Positions 46,492 through 56,466 of a stretch of 64,000 bases of DNA are shown here, one piece after another. Position numbers and translations under genes: made by a program. Within the stretch, counting starts at the first letter, position 1; every line of letters begins with the position of its first letter. The stretch is taken from positions 636 through 64,635 of the IMG/VR virus record IMGVR_UViG_3300010429_001521. One strand, given 5' to 3'. This DNA comes from a virus (lineage: Duplodnaviria; Caudoviricetes). The notes under the pieces were generated by a model. The model had not been told where the DNA came from and ran no database searches. It saw only the letters and a program-made list of their open reading frames with translations.

Positions 46492-47529
46492 ATGGAACTC
46501 AAACGGCGTGAAACTACTCCCAAATTGGAAGAAGAAACACAAGGCTTATATTTTGCTCGAACTAAAAAGGAAAATTTAGAGTTCATTTCCAGTGGTAATT
46601 TTTTACTAGATTGTGTACTGGGGGGTGGATGGCCTTTGGGGCGGATGAGTAATGTGGTCGGTGATAAAAGTTCAGGTAAGAGCATGTTAGCTATTGAAGC
46701 ATGTGCCAATTTTCACCAACAGTATCCCAAAGGAAAAATTATCTACTTAGAATCTGAAGCTGCATTTGATGAAGATTATGCGAAAGCTTTAGGGATGCCA
46801 GTAGATTACATTGAATTTGCTGGTGATAAATTACCAGATTTTACAGTGGAAGCATGGTTTGAGCATTTGGAACATACATTGGAAACGATGGTAAAAACCC
46901 AAGATCCATGTTTGTATATTGTGGATTCTTTAGATGCGTTATCAGATCGTGCTGAAAAAGATCGAGAAATTGACAAAGGAACTTTTGGTGCCAATAAACC
47001 CAAAATCATTGGACAATTGTTTCGTCGCACTGTTAAAGATATGGAACGATCAAGAATCCATTTAATGATTATTTCACAGATTCGTGATAATATAGGCGTG
47101 AGCTTTGGAGAGCAAAAAACAAGAACTGGCGGTCGCGCAATGGATTTTTATGCCAGCCAAATCTTGTGGTTGGCACAATTAAAAAGATTAGATCGTACCA
47201 TACGTAAACAAAAGCGAGTGTATGGTATTCAGATTAAAGCACAATGTAAAAAGAATAAAATTGGATTACCTTTTCGTGAAGCTGAATTTCCCATACTGTT
47301 TGGCTACGGAATGGATGAAGCGGAATCATTACTCACTTGGTTAGAATCCATTGACTTTGACATTTCAATCTGGAATGAATACAAAGATGGTAAATTGACT
47401 CTTTCACAAAGTATTAAATTGTTAGAGTCAGATGTTCGTAAAAAAGTCATGCACCAAATTCGTGAAGTGGTGGCTAAAAATTGGGAAGAAATTGAAACAA
47501 GATTTTTACCCACTGTTCGTAAGTATTAA
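46492..47529 (+). CDS. recA: RecA/UvsX-like recombinase
   Basis: GGGWPLGR, GDKSSGKS, ESEAAFD, VDSLDAL, SQIRDNIG, TGGRAMDFYAS. Confidence 0.92.
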   Translation: MELKRRETTPKLEEETQGLYFARTKKENLEFISSGNFLLDCVLGGGWPLGRMSNVVGDKSSGKSMLAIEACANFHQQYPKGKIIYLESEAAFDEDYAKALGMPVDYIEFAGDKLPDFTVEAWFEHLEHTLETMVKTQDPCLYIVDSLDALSDRAEKDREIDKGTFGANKPKIIGQLFRRTVKDMERSRIHLMIISQIRDNIGVSFGEQKTRTGGRAMDFYASQILWLAQLKRLDRTIRKQKRVYGIQIKAQCKKNKIGLPFREAEFPILFGYGMDEAESLLTWLESIDFDISIWNEYKDGKLTLSQSIKLLESDVRKKVMHQIREVVAKNWEEIETRFLPTVRKY

Positions 47530-48212
47530 TGTATCTGACTACGCAACCTTACATCAATCATGTGGAAAGTATGGCAATGACGGGGAAAAAAATCCCCCGT
47601 CGTCACCGTCCGAAATATCCACTAGAGTTTAATCCCGATGTGGCTGAATTATTTGGATATATTGTTCAATGCGGCACAGTCACATTTAAAACTTTTGAAA
47701 CAAATTTTGTAGATTGTAGTCGATTTCCATTAATGGTAGATCGAATACGTACTATTTATACCCAACACTGGAATGAAAGACCTATTCGTAAAAACAGATA
47801 TGGATTTCCAAGAATCTGTGGTTATAAAAATACTCGTTTTATTTTAGCGGTTTGTCCACAGCATTTTTTAAAACCGGGTTATGAAAGAGTTCCTAATTTT
47901 GTTTTTAACACGTATGACCAATTGCCCAATGATTTAAGTATTCCAGTCATAAAAGGTTTTTTAAAAGGATTGTTAGGATCTGCACCCAAGTTTTTTCAAT
48001 TAATTGAAAACTCTGATAATACGAGTTATAATGGGTTACGACTGTTTTTTCGCAGTGGTCAGTTGTATGAAGAAACACTTTCATTGTTGCGGTACGTATT
48101 GAATATCTCATGTACTGCGGAAAATGGAACTTTTTTATTTGATTTAGATCAATTGGAAATTCTTAAACAAGAATTAGATTTAAATCATCCATCATGGTGG
48201 ATTAAAGAATGA
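47529..48212 (+). CDS. Degenerate LAGLIDADG (intein-type) endonuclease-like protein
   Basis: AELFGYIVQCG and FLKGLLGSA blocks, VPNFVF; catalytic acidic residues absent. Confidence 0.55.
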   Translation: MYLTTQPYINHVESMAMTGKKIPRRHRPKYPLEFNPDVAELFGYIVQCGTVTFKTFETNFVDCSRFPLMVDRIRTIYTQHWNERPIRKNRYGFPRICGYKNTRFILAVCPQHFLKPGYERVPNFVFNTYDQLPNDLSIPVIKGFLKGLLGSAPKFFQLIENSDNTSYNGLRLFFRSGQLYEETLSLLRYVLNISCTAENGTFLFDLDQLEILKQELDLNHPSWWIKE

Positions 48213-48253
48213 AAGCCGGTGGGGCGAAGTCCAAAGGAAATCAAAAATGTTAA
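48209..48253 (+). pseudogene. Stranded original N-terminus of resolvase (MKAGGAKSKGN)
   Basis: ATGA-coupled to upstream gene; parallels MIPGRSKNKGN at 48866; shared AAAGGAAAT. Confidence 0.7.
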
Positions 48254-48869
48254 CTAGAGAAGAGTTGTTTTGGAATAAAGTAAATCAAGATGGCCCACTA
48301 ATTCTTGACACACCTTGTTGGATTTGGACTGCTTATACTGTCCATACAGGTTATGGACAATTTTGGAATGGTGTAAGATTGATTTTAGCACATAGATTTT
48401 CATGGGAATTACATTTTGGCATTTTACCAAAAAATCTTTTAATTTGCCATAAATGTGATAACCCGGCTTGTGTGAATCCAGAACATTTGTTTATGGGAAC
48501 ACATAAAGATAACATGGAGGATATGATTGCCAAAAATCGAGATTATCACAATAAAAAATTAACCGATGCTCAAGTTTTGCAGATTTACAATAGTGTAAAT
48601 CCAGCAAAAAATTTAGCTGAAAAATATAATGTTCATGTTGCTACGATTCATGAGATTAAACGGGGAGTTACTTATAAAAAGTAACTAAACATCAATTTAA
48701 AAAAATTGGAAGAGGTAGACAAAAATTAACTGACGAACAAGTCTTATTGATTTTTAACAGTCCAAAAACATTACGCCAACTTGGTGAAGAATTTAATGTA
48801 ACACCAGAAATGATATCCTATATTAAAAAAGGAAAGTGTCATAGCAACATAACTGGGTGTGTATCGTGA
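48247..48869 (+). CDS. HNH homing endonuclease with two HTH repeats (frameshift at ~48680)
   Basis: CWIWT, AHRFSWELH, CHKCDNPACVNPEHL; 0-frame stop at 48684; -1 frame adds a second KLTD..V...EI/YIK.G repeat ending TGA 48867-69. Confidence 0.75.
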
Positions 48870-49408
48870 TTCCAGGAAGATCGAAAAACAAAGGAAATTC
48901 TTACGAAAACACTCTTGCCAAAGAGTTAAGCTTATGGCTGACTCATGGTGAGCATAATGACGTATTGGAAAGATCTCCAGCCAGTGGGGGTAAAGCCACC
49001 ACAGCCCGTCAAAAGAATATTCAAGCCGATCACATTGCTGGTGACTTAATTGCAACAACAGATTCCGGTTATGTATTGATTAATCGCTTTGTGATTGAAG
49101 CGAAACACCAGAATGAAGTGAATATTAATATCAACGGCTTGGTATTTGGTACGAGTAAAGGGGGTGTTATCTCTTATTGGATTAAATTATTAGGAGAGTG
49201 TGATGCCACTCAAAAACTACCCATGCTCATTTTTCGACAAAACAACCGTCCCGCGATGATGGGTTTGTGTAAAGAAGGTATTGATTTATTTAAACTCAAT
49301 CATCACACCCATGCCGTATTTAAGATTGGTAAAAAATCCATGTTTTTATTGGCGTATTCACTGTTTATTCAACATGCAGATCCTGATGTTTTAAGTAATA
49401 AATATTGA
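48866..49408 (+). CDS. Holliday junction resolvase-like PD-(D/E)xK nuclease
   Basis: KGNSYENTLAKEL, AGDL, IEAKH, PMLIFRQN; GTG start overlapping upstream TGA. Confidence 0.75.
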   Translation: MIPGRSKNKGNSYENTLAKELSLWLTHGEHNDVLERSPASGGKATTARQKNIQADHIAGDLIATTDSGYVLINRFVIEAKHQNEVNININGLVFGTSKGGVISYWIKLLGECDATQKLPMLIFRQNNRPAMMGLCKEGIDLFKLNHHTHAVFKIGKKSMFLLAYSLFIQHADPDVLSNKY

Positions 49409-49575
49409 CACGGTGGTATGGAAGTGTTAAGCTACTTGTGAGACTGAAACTCACAAGTAGTAAAGCACCTTATCGGTGGCTAGTTTGGAATGAAGTGGCG
49501 GAGACGCGCTTCGCTCGTTTATTACTTGTCGAGTTTCAGATTCCAAACTATCCAGCCCATAAGGTGTTTTTATTT
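49405..49575 (+). promoter_or_regulatory. Promoter plus A-B-A'-B' structured leader of KilA-N gene
   Basis: TTGACA-17-TAAGCT; 49444-64 pairs with 49518-39; 49462-91 pairs with 49540-70. Confidence 0.65.
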
Positions 49576-50166
49576 ATGTCAAATCAAAATTTGATTGTGA
49601 AAGTGTTTGAAGGTTCCAATGTGTTTTTTACTGAGGATGGTTATATCAATGCCACTAAAACTGCACAGAGTTTCAACAAAGATGTTCGAGACTGGTTATA
49701 TTCAGTTGAAATTGTTAAGTATATCAACGAACTAACTAATTGCGGTAAAACTTCTAGCTTAGTTATTAAGCAACGTGGAAGATTTGGAGGTACTTGGATT
49801 CATCCAAGTTTAAAAGATGAATTTGAAAGATGGTGTAAATCAAAAACTTCAATCACAGCACCTGAGTTATATGTTGTATTGTTTAATACAGGTGTGATTA
49901 AAGTTGGAAAGGGTGCAAAAGGATTCAGTCGTGTTAAATCGCATATTTCGCAAGCACAATGTTTTGGAGTAAAAACTCTTCAATTTTTTATTGAAAAGAA
50001 TCCAATAATTACTGAAGAAGAATTAATTGAGTTTTGTAACCAAAACGGAACTCTTCACCACGGAAATGAATACTTCACAGGTTTAGATTACAATGCTGTA
50101 GTTAATTTCGTTAAACGTAAAGTAGAACGAAAGCCGTTAAGGTTAGTAAGATCTAATAATGGATAA
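49576..50166 (+). CDS. KilA-N domain protein
   Basis: DGYINATKTAQSFNKDVRDWL, GRFGGTWIHP; track start 49405 lies in the leader. Confidence 0.85.
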   Translation: MSNQNLIVKVFEGSNVFFTEDGYINATKTAQSFNKDVRDWLYSVEIVKYINELTNCGKTSSLVIKQRGRFGGTWIHPSLKDEFERWCKSKTSITAPELYVVLFNTGVIKVGKGAKGFSRVKSHISQAQCFGVKTLQFFIEKNPIITEEELIEFCNQNGTLHHGNEYFTGLDYNAVVNFVKRKVERKPLRLVRSNNG

Positions 50167-50247
50167 ATAAAGAGTTTTGTATCACAATTATGTTTAAGGT
50201 ATATTTATGATGTCCCATACTGAAATCCCATAAATCGGAGTTTTCCC

Positions 50248-51180
50248 ATGAACATTGTTGAAGTTGATGATAGCTGGAAACAGCCCATTGAAACGATGCC
50301 GTTATTGCAAGCATTTCCCGATCTTTTAAAATTCAAAGAATCGAATGTTACGGAGTTTCGAGAATTCAGTGAACGTAAAGTCGTTCTGAGTCAAAACCAT
50401 GAACGGCTGTTTGGTGTATTTAATGCCAAAAGTGTGGTGGTTCCGCATACTGAATTGGTGGATATTTTAAGTGATGCATACCACCAACTGTACAAAGATC
50501 AAGAAGGGACGATGAATGTCATCTCCATGAAAGATGGTGCGGCTATTCAAATTGAAATGGATCTTCCATTGGAACGGCCATTGGATATTGGTAACGGTGA
50601 TAAATCCAATTTGAAATTATACGCATATAATTCTTATGATCACAGTATGGGATTGAAATTACGTACCGGAGTCATGCGATTGATCTGCATGAATGGCGCG
50701 ATGATTGGTGATCAAATTGGTAAACTCAATGCGCGAGAGTTGCTTGATGGTTGGTCAACTCGTTCACTGTCCGCAAAAGTTCGTCGTTTAATTGATAACA
50801 GTTATAAAGTGACCGATGTTTGGCAGAGTTGGTTAGATGTGGATGTGCCATTCAGTGCGGCTGAAAAGGTGTTGACTCGTTCATTTCCCCGTAAGTTTGT
50901 GGAACCCGTACTGGAACCCACACTCTACCCAATGAATATGTATGATTTGTATAATCATATGACGCGGCGCAGTACTCACGATACACGAACAGATCGTAGT
51001 AAGATCTTGTTCGATACGCAAATCAGTTCCATTTTTTACGGAAACAAACTAATTAATGCGATTCGTGAAGCGGATCCATCTTCACATGTAGATCGAGCTG
51101 ATACAGTCATGCAAGAAACTTATTTGAATCATGACATTTCCGACATTGTGACGGAAACAGCGGAAATACACCACCATTAA
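50248..51180 (+). CDS. DUF932-like protein
   Basis: VVPHTELVD, NSYDHS, GVMRLICMNGAM, YDLYNHMT. Confidence 0.7.
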   Translation: MNIVEVDDSWKQPIETMPLLQAFPDLLKFKESNVTEFREFSERKVVLSQNHERLFGVFNAKSVVVPHTELVDILSDAYHQLYKDQEGTMNVISMKDGAAIQIEMDLPLERPLDIGNGDKSNLKLYAYNSYDHSMGLKLRTGVMRLICMNGAMIGDQIGKLNARELLDGWSTRSLSAKVRRLIDNSYKVTDVWQSWLDVDVPFSAAEKVLTRSFPRKFVEPVLEPTLYPMNMYDLYNHMTRRSTHDTRTDRSKILFDTQISSIFYGNKLINAIREADPSSHVDRADTVMQETYLNHDISDIVTETAEIHHH

Positions 51181-51206
51181 GCCGCCAAAACGGCGATTTT
51201 AGCCAC
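51181..51206 (+). repeat. Dispersed repeat, copy 2 (copy 1 at 17932..17957)
   Basis: GCCGCCAAAACGGCGATTTTAGCCAC followed by GCTACCCGG/GGGTAGC hairpin. Confidence 0.8.
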
Positions 51207-51258
51207 GCTACGCTACCCGGCCATAGTTGGGTAGCGGTCAAACATTTAACCGCTTAAA

Positions 51259-52293
51259 ATGGCATTTATGAACGCTTTAATCATATCAGATCTACATTTA
51301 ACCGAAAATAGTAACGAAGAATATCGTTGGACTGTCTTTACAACAGCACGTCAATATCTTAAACAACATAAAATTCCTAATTTATATATTTTAGGAGATT
51401 TACTGGATAAAAAAGATCGTCATCCAGCAGAGCTAGTTAATCGACTGATTAATGAACTGGTCAAATGCACGGATGCCGGTAATGTACATGTTACGATCTT
51501 AAAAGGCAACCATGATTACTTAAAACCTGAACATCCGTTTTTAGATTTTTTAGATCATCTGGATCATATTACATGGATAGATCAGCCACAAATGATTGTT
51601 CATGATCTTAAAGAAACTTTGTGGCTACCTCACAGTAAGACTCCAGAAGTGGATTGGAAAGATTTAGATTATAAAGATATTGATTATATTTTTATGCATC
51701 AAAGTGTCATTGGTTGCAAAGTCAGTAATATGTTTGAGATGAATCATGGTTTAAATTTAAAATGGTTAACATCAAAAACTAATGCGAAGATTTATTCGGG
51801 TGACATTCATGTACCACAAGATATAGATTCATTAACATATATTGGTACACCTCATCCCGTTGCTTTTGGAGATCACTACCAACCCCGAATGTTGCATTTA
51901 ACGGATGAAGGTCATATCGAAATTCCATTAAACACCATTCAACGATTAGCTTTAACTGTCACTTCGTTACATGATCTTAAAAAACAATGCGAACACCTTA
52001 ATACGCAACCAGGAGATCATTTAAAATTAAAAATTAAATTATCCAATAAAGAACTATCACAGTGGTCTGATTTAAAACAAATTATTCAAGCATGGTGTCA
52101 ACAACAAGATTTAAAATTGTTTGATATTACGCTGGAAAAACAAAACTTAGACTGTGAAGTAGAATTAAAAACAGCTAAGTTTCGGCATATTGATCCGTTT
52201 GCTGCATTGGAAGAATATACACAACAAGAACAATTAGATGCATTTACGATTCAATTGGGTAAAGATCTATTGACTTCCGCATTACAAAAATAA
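51259..52293 (+). CDS. Mre11/SbcD-like metallophosphoesterase nuclease
   Basis: SDLH, LGDLLD, GNHD, FMHQ, SGDIH, GTP. Confidence 0.88.
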   Translation: MAFMNALIISDLHLTENSNEEYRWTVFTTARQYLKQHKIPNLYILGDLLDKKDRHPAELVNRLINELVKCTDAGNVHVTILKGNHDYLKPEHPFLDFLDHLDHITWIDQPQMIVHDLKETLWLPHSKTPEVDWKDLDYKDIDYIFMHQSVIGCKVSNMFEMNHGLNLKWLTSKTNAKIYSGDIHVPQDIDSLTYIGTPHPVAFGDHYQPRMLHLTDEGHIEIPLNTIQRLALTVTSLHDLKKQCEHLNTQPGDHLKLKIKLSNKELSQWSDLKQIIQAWCQQQDLKLFDITLEKQNLDCEVELKTAKFRHIDPFAALEEYTQQEQLDAFTIQLGKDLLTSALQK

Positions 52294-52304
52294 ATGGAAA
52301 TCTC

Positions 52305-52574
52305 ATGGCAACTCCATTAAACTTTGAACATTCTCAAATCAATATTGATTATTTATTTTCTTCTTTACAACAAACCCAATTATTACAAAAATTTGGTTAT
52401 TATAAAGATATTGGTAATCAAAAAGGTTGGTATAAACACATTCTTCCTTATAAGATGTGTATTGATTTTTTAACTAGTGAAGAAATAGAACAACAAATAG
52501 AAAGAGACAGTTTGGGAATTTTATATTATGGCACGAATACTGTTCAGCTTATAAAAGATGAATTAGGAATTTAA
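52305..52574 (+). CDS. Hypothetical protein
   Basis: 89 aa. Confidence 0.45.
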   Translation: MATPLNFEHSQINIDYLFSSLQQTQLLQKFGYYKDIGNQKGWYKHILPYKMCIDFLTSEEIEQQIERDSLGILYYGTNTVQLIKDELGI

Positions 52575-52575
52575 G

Positions 52576-53433
52576 ATGTATAATAGTTTATTGATTATCG
52601 ACTTTGCCAATACCTTAATGCGAAGTATTCACGTCCATCCGCAATTAGAGTTTAATGGAATTCCCACTGGAGGTTTATTTGGCGTCATTAATCAATTTGC
52701 TAATCAGATTAATAAATACACTCCCACCCATATTTTAGTATGTAAAGATAGCCCACCATATCTTCGTAAAAAACAATATCCAGAATATAAACAAAATCGA
52801 AAAAAGTTAGATGCCAATGACGATTTTTCCCGAATTATTAAAACGAGTTTTAAACTCGCTGAAGAATTTTGTGAACATGTTGATGTTCCCGTATGGGGAA
52901 TTGCGGGATTGGAAGCCGATGATCTCATTGCTCAGATTATTATAAAATATTCAGATCAGTATAAAAAGATTTATGTATTATCCAATGATGATGATCTTAA
53001 TCAATTTTTAGATTTTCAAAATTTAATCTTACTTCGTAAAAATAAAGAATATAATTGGGAAAATTTTAATCAAGAGTACCCATCCATTACACCCAAAGAT
53101 TGGGTAATGCTCACAGCCATGACGGGAACGCATAATGCGGTAAAAGGCATTGATCGTATTGGAATGAAAACGGCGTTAAAAATTATGAATGATATGGATA
53201 AGTTAAAAGATATTTATCAACAACATAAAGAATTGTTAGAACGTAATTATGGTCTTATTGAACTTCCATATCCCAAATTTAATTGGAAAACGGTTGAAAT
53301 CCCCGAATTAAACATTCCAAAGATGAGTGAAATGAAATTAATGAGGTATATTGAACGATACGGGATTCGTTACAGTACCGTGATGATGGAAGCATTTTCA
53401 AAATATTCTACCAGGAACAAATTGTATGTCTGA
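52576..53433 (+). CDS. 5'-3' exonuclease / flap endonuclease
   Basis: IIDFAN, RKKQYPEYKQNR, EADDLIA, SNDDDL, GIDRIGMKTA. Confidence 0.92.
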   Translation: MYNSLLIIDFANTLMRSIHVHPQLEFNGIPTGGLFGVINQFANQINKYTPTHILVCKDSPPYLRKKQYPEYKQNRKKLDANDDFSRIIKTSFKLAEEFCEHVDVPVWGIAGLEADDLIAQIIIKYSDQYKKIYVLSNDDDLNQFLDFQNLILLRKNKEYNWENFNQEYPSITPKDWVMLTAMTGTHNAVKGIDRIGMKTALKIMNDMDKLKDIYQQHKELLERNYGLIELPYPKFNWKTVEIPELNIPKMSEMKLMRYIERYGIRYSTVMMEAFSKYSTRNKLYV

Positions 53434-54901
53434 AAAAATAACAGGTAGTTTGCAAGAAAATCTTTTATCACTTCTCGTTTTCAATGATCGTGCCGCCAGT
53501 ATTATTTTTGGAATTATCGAACCCGGTTTATTTGAAAGTGATTTTTATAAAGAGATTGTTCGGGTCGCTATCACATACTATCAACAATACAAACAACCAC
53601 CCAAAGAACATATAGCAGATCTTTTAGAATCTAAAATACAAGATCGTACTAATCCAAAAAGTGGAGAATTATATACTAAATTACTAACGAATTTATTTCA
53701 AACAAAAGATTCTATTAACGAAGATTTTGTATTGAATCAACTGAATCAATTTGTCAGACGTCAACGGCTTAAAGGTGCAATTGTTGAAGCGGCATTACTG
53801 ATTAAAGATGAAACGAATGAATCTTTAGTGATTGCTGAAAACACTCTGAATAAATGTTTAAAAGCGCAGATTCAAGTATTTGATCGTGGATTATCTTTTA
53901 GTGATCCAAAAAGAGTTTTACAAGTTTTAAAAGAAAAGATTTTACCGCCGTATCCATACGGAATTCGACAATTAGAAGATCAACAAATTGGACCTGCACC
54001 CGGTGAATTATTTATATTTTTAGCATCTGTATCTCGTGGTAAATCTTGGGCATTGATTAATATTGGCCGACAATGTCTTCAGTTTCGAAAAAAAGTTCTT
54101 CATATCACATTGGAAATGCCCGAAGCTCAGGTGGCACAACGGTATTTACAATGCTTGTATTCACTCAGCGCTCATGCCACACAGGAAATTCAAAAAGTAC
54201 AAATCAGTACTTTTAATCATGATGGATTGGGAAGATTGTCCAGTTTATCGGTTGAAGAATTAAACCGACCTTCCATTAAACATGAAAAGACTATAAGCAC
54301 TTTAACTAAAAAATTAGAAAGATATAAAGGAAGACAATCATTGGAAATCCGTGGATTTCCCACGGGTTCATTATCCATTGAAGGTCTTGAAGTCTTTTTA
54401 GATACATTAGATCGATTGTATAATTATGTTCCCGATGTCGTGTTATTGGATTATGCGGATTTGATGAAACTGGATTATAAAAATTTGCGTACCAGTACGG
54501 GTGAAATTTATAAAGAGTTAAGAAGAATTGCTCAAGAGCGAAATCTTGCAATGGTGACAGCATCCCAAGCAAATCGGATGGCAGAAGATGCTAAAGTCAT
54601 TACATTAAAACATTTAGCTGAAGATTATTCAAAAGCAGCAACAGCAGATACTGTAATCGCATATTGCCAGACCTCCCAGGAAAAAACTTTACAACTGGCT
54701 CGCTTATTTGTCGCTAAAGCACGGGGACAAGAAAGTGGACAAATGATCTTAATATCACAATCTTATGGATTGGGGCAATTTTGTATGGACAGTACCAGTA
54801 TCAATGATCGTTATTGGACAATGTTGGAAGAACCCAGTACTGAATCTGAAACACCCACAACCACACAACGACCCCGCTTTCGACCAAGGAATAGTTCATG
54901 A
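53426..54901 (+). CDS. dnaB: Replicative helicase (DnaB/gp41-like)
   Basis: ASVSRGKS, ITLEM, LLDYADLM, TASQANR, AEDYSK. Confidence 0.85.
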   Translation: MSEKITGSLQENLLSLLVFNDRAASIIFGIIEPGLFESDFYKEIVRVAITYYQQYKQPPKEHIADLLESKIQDRTNPKSGELYTKLLTNLFQTKDSINEDFVLNQLNQFVRRQRLKGAIVEAALLIKDETNESLVIAENTLNKCLKAQIQVFDRGLSFSDPKRVLQVLKEKILPPYPYGIRQLEDQQIGPAPGELFIFLASVSRGKSWALINIGRQCLQFRKKVLHITLEMPEAQVAQRYLQCLYSLSAHATQEIQKVQISTFNHDGLGRLSSLSVEELNRPSIKHEKTISTLTKKLERYKGRQSLEIRGFPTGSLSIEGLEVFLDTLDRLYNYVPDVVLLDYADLMKLDYKNLRTSTGEIYKELRRIAQERNLAMVTASQANRMAEDAKVITLKHLAEDYSKAATADTVIAYCQTSQEKTLQLARLFVAKARGQESGQMILISQSYGLGQFCMDSTSINDRYWTMLEEPSTESETPTTTQRPRFRPRNSS

Positions 54902-56466
54902 TACGTAAAGAAGCGGTTAAAGAATTTATTAATCAACCCAGAGAATCTTTTGATTGGATTAAACAAGCGTCACGTCAAGAATTAGAATTAGCTATTAAAG
55001 AATTATGTCCGCAATTTAGTACGAAAACGCAACTGTTCACGCATCAACTTGCCAGTGTGTATTTGGGATTGTGCTTCGATGGATTTTTATATTTTTTAGA
55101 TATGGGGCTAGGCAAATCGCGCTCTGCATTAACAACAATTGAATGTCGGCAAAAACTCAAACAAATCAAAAGAACTTTAATTGTAGTTCCCAATTTAGTG
55201 AATGTTGAATCTTGGTTAGAAGAAATTCAAGTTGCTACCAACTTAACCGCTGTGGGTTTAACGGGAACGAAAGCGGAACGCTTGGCATTGTTGGAACAAA
55301 AAGCGGATTTATATATCTGCAATTACGATGGTTTACCTATCTTTACCACAGATTTTAAAGAAGTTTCGACTAGAAAAGCAACTCGTAAAAGAGTGCTTAA
55401 TAAAAAAGCATTAAGATCATTTGCTACTCGATTCCAAATGATGATCTTAGATGAAATTCATCATGTCAAACATACCAATACTTTGACGTATCAGATTTGT
55501 AATGAATTAGCCAATGTGATTCCTTACCGTTTGGGGATGACGGGAACACCCGTAGGTCGAGATCCTGCTAATTTTTGGGCACAATTTCATGTGATAGATC
55601 GTGGAGAAACTCTGGGCAATAATAAAACAATCTTTTTACAAGCTTTATTTAAACCTCAAGCGAATTACTGGGGTGGGATGGATTGGATTTTTCCTGAAAA
55701 GAATAAACCAGTTTTACACAATATGTTGGGGCATCGCAGTATTCGTTATGCTGATCATGAATGTAATGATCTACCACCACTCTCCATGATTAAAATGCCG
55801 TTAGTATTGGCACCGGATGCCAGAGCTATTTATCGTCAATTGGTATTGGACAGTATTGAACAAGCCAAAGGAAATACTGCGGATGCGAAGCAACAACGAA
55901 AGAATTACTATTCAAAAACTCGACAAGTGGCGAGTGGATTTTTGTATGAAGATGTTGATGATGAACGAGTTGCTTTAACCTTTACCAATCCCAAATTGGA
56001 TGCATTGGAAGAAATTTTACATGATGTTCCTGATGATTGTAAGGTAGTAATATTTCATGTATTTAATCAATCAGGTATTGATATTATTACTCGATTGAAG
56101 AAGTTGAAATACAACTATGCAGCAATGAATGTCACAGCAGAAGGGAGTAAGGTCGATGAATATAAAAAGTTTAAACAGAATTCAAATACTCAGATATTAG
56201 TAGTTAATATTGCATCCGGTGGTGAGGGACTCAATTTACAAAATGCGAACTACTGCGTGATGTATGAACACACAGACAATCCAGCAGTTTTTCGCCAGGC
56301 TTTAAAACGTTGCCATCGTACAGGCCAACAAAGGAAAGTATATGTGTATCAATTGTACATGAAAAATACTGTTGAAATGAAGATTCTTGAATTTTTAGAA
56401 GAAGGTAAAAATATATTTTCTGCTATTGTAGATGGTAAATTAAATCTTGAAGATCTTTTACAATGA
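54898..56466 (+). CDS. SNF2-family helicase
   Basis: DMGLGKS, ILDEIH, MTGTP, SGGEGLNLQ, QALKRCHRTGQ. Confidence 0.92.
   Translation: MIRKEAVKEFINQPRESFDWIKQASRQELELAIKELCPQFSTKTQLFTHQLASVYLGLCFDGFLYFLDMGLGKSRSALTTIECRQKLKQIKRTLIVVPNLVNVESWLEEIQVATNLTAVGLTGTKAERLALLEQKADLYICNYDGLPIFTTDFKEVSTRKATRKRVLNKKALRSFATRFQMMILDEIHHVKHTNTLTYQICNELANVIPYRLGMTGTPVGRDPANFWAQFHVIDRGETLGNNKTIFLQALFKPQANYWGGMDWIFPEKNKPVLHNMLGHRSIRYADHECNDLPPLSMIKMPLVLAPDARAIYRQLVLDSIEQAKGNTADAKQQRKNYYSKTRQVASGFLYEDVDDERVALTFTNPKLDALEEILHDVPDDCKVVIFHVFNQSGIDIITRLKKLKYNYAAMNVTAEGSKVDEYKKFKQNSNTQILVVNIASGGEGLNLQNANYCVMYEHTDNPAVFRQALKRCHRTGQQRKVYVYQLYMKNTVEMKILEFLEEGKNIFSAIVDGKLNLEDLLQ

Noticed and set aside
27665-47513. Numerous minus-strand ORFs of 60-150 aa inside the replication operon (e.g. 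29111..29476, 38692..39150, 44855..45268, 45184..45573)
   Set aside because: Antisense to well-supported genes, low-complexity mirror translations, no SD or motifs
48209-48898. Group I intron with HNH in the resolvase gene
   Set aside because: The HNH coding sequence fills essentially the whole 657-bp insert, leaving no room for a ribozyme; the downstream copy has its own start
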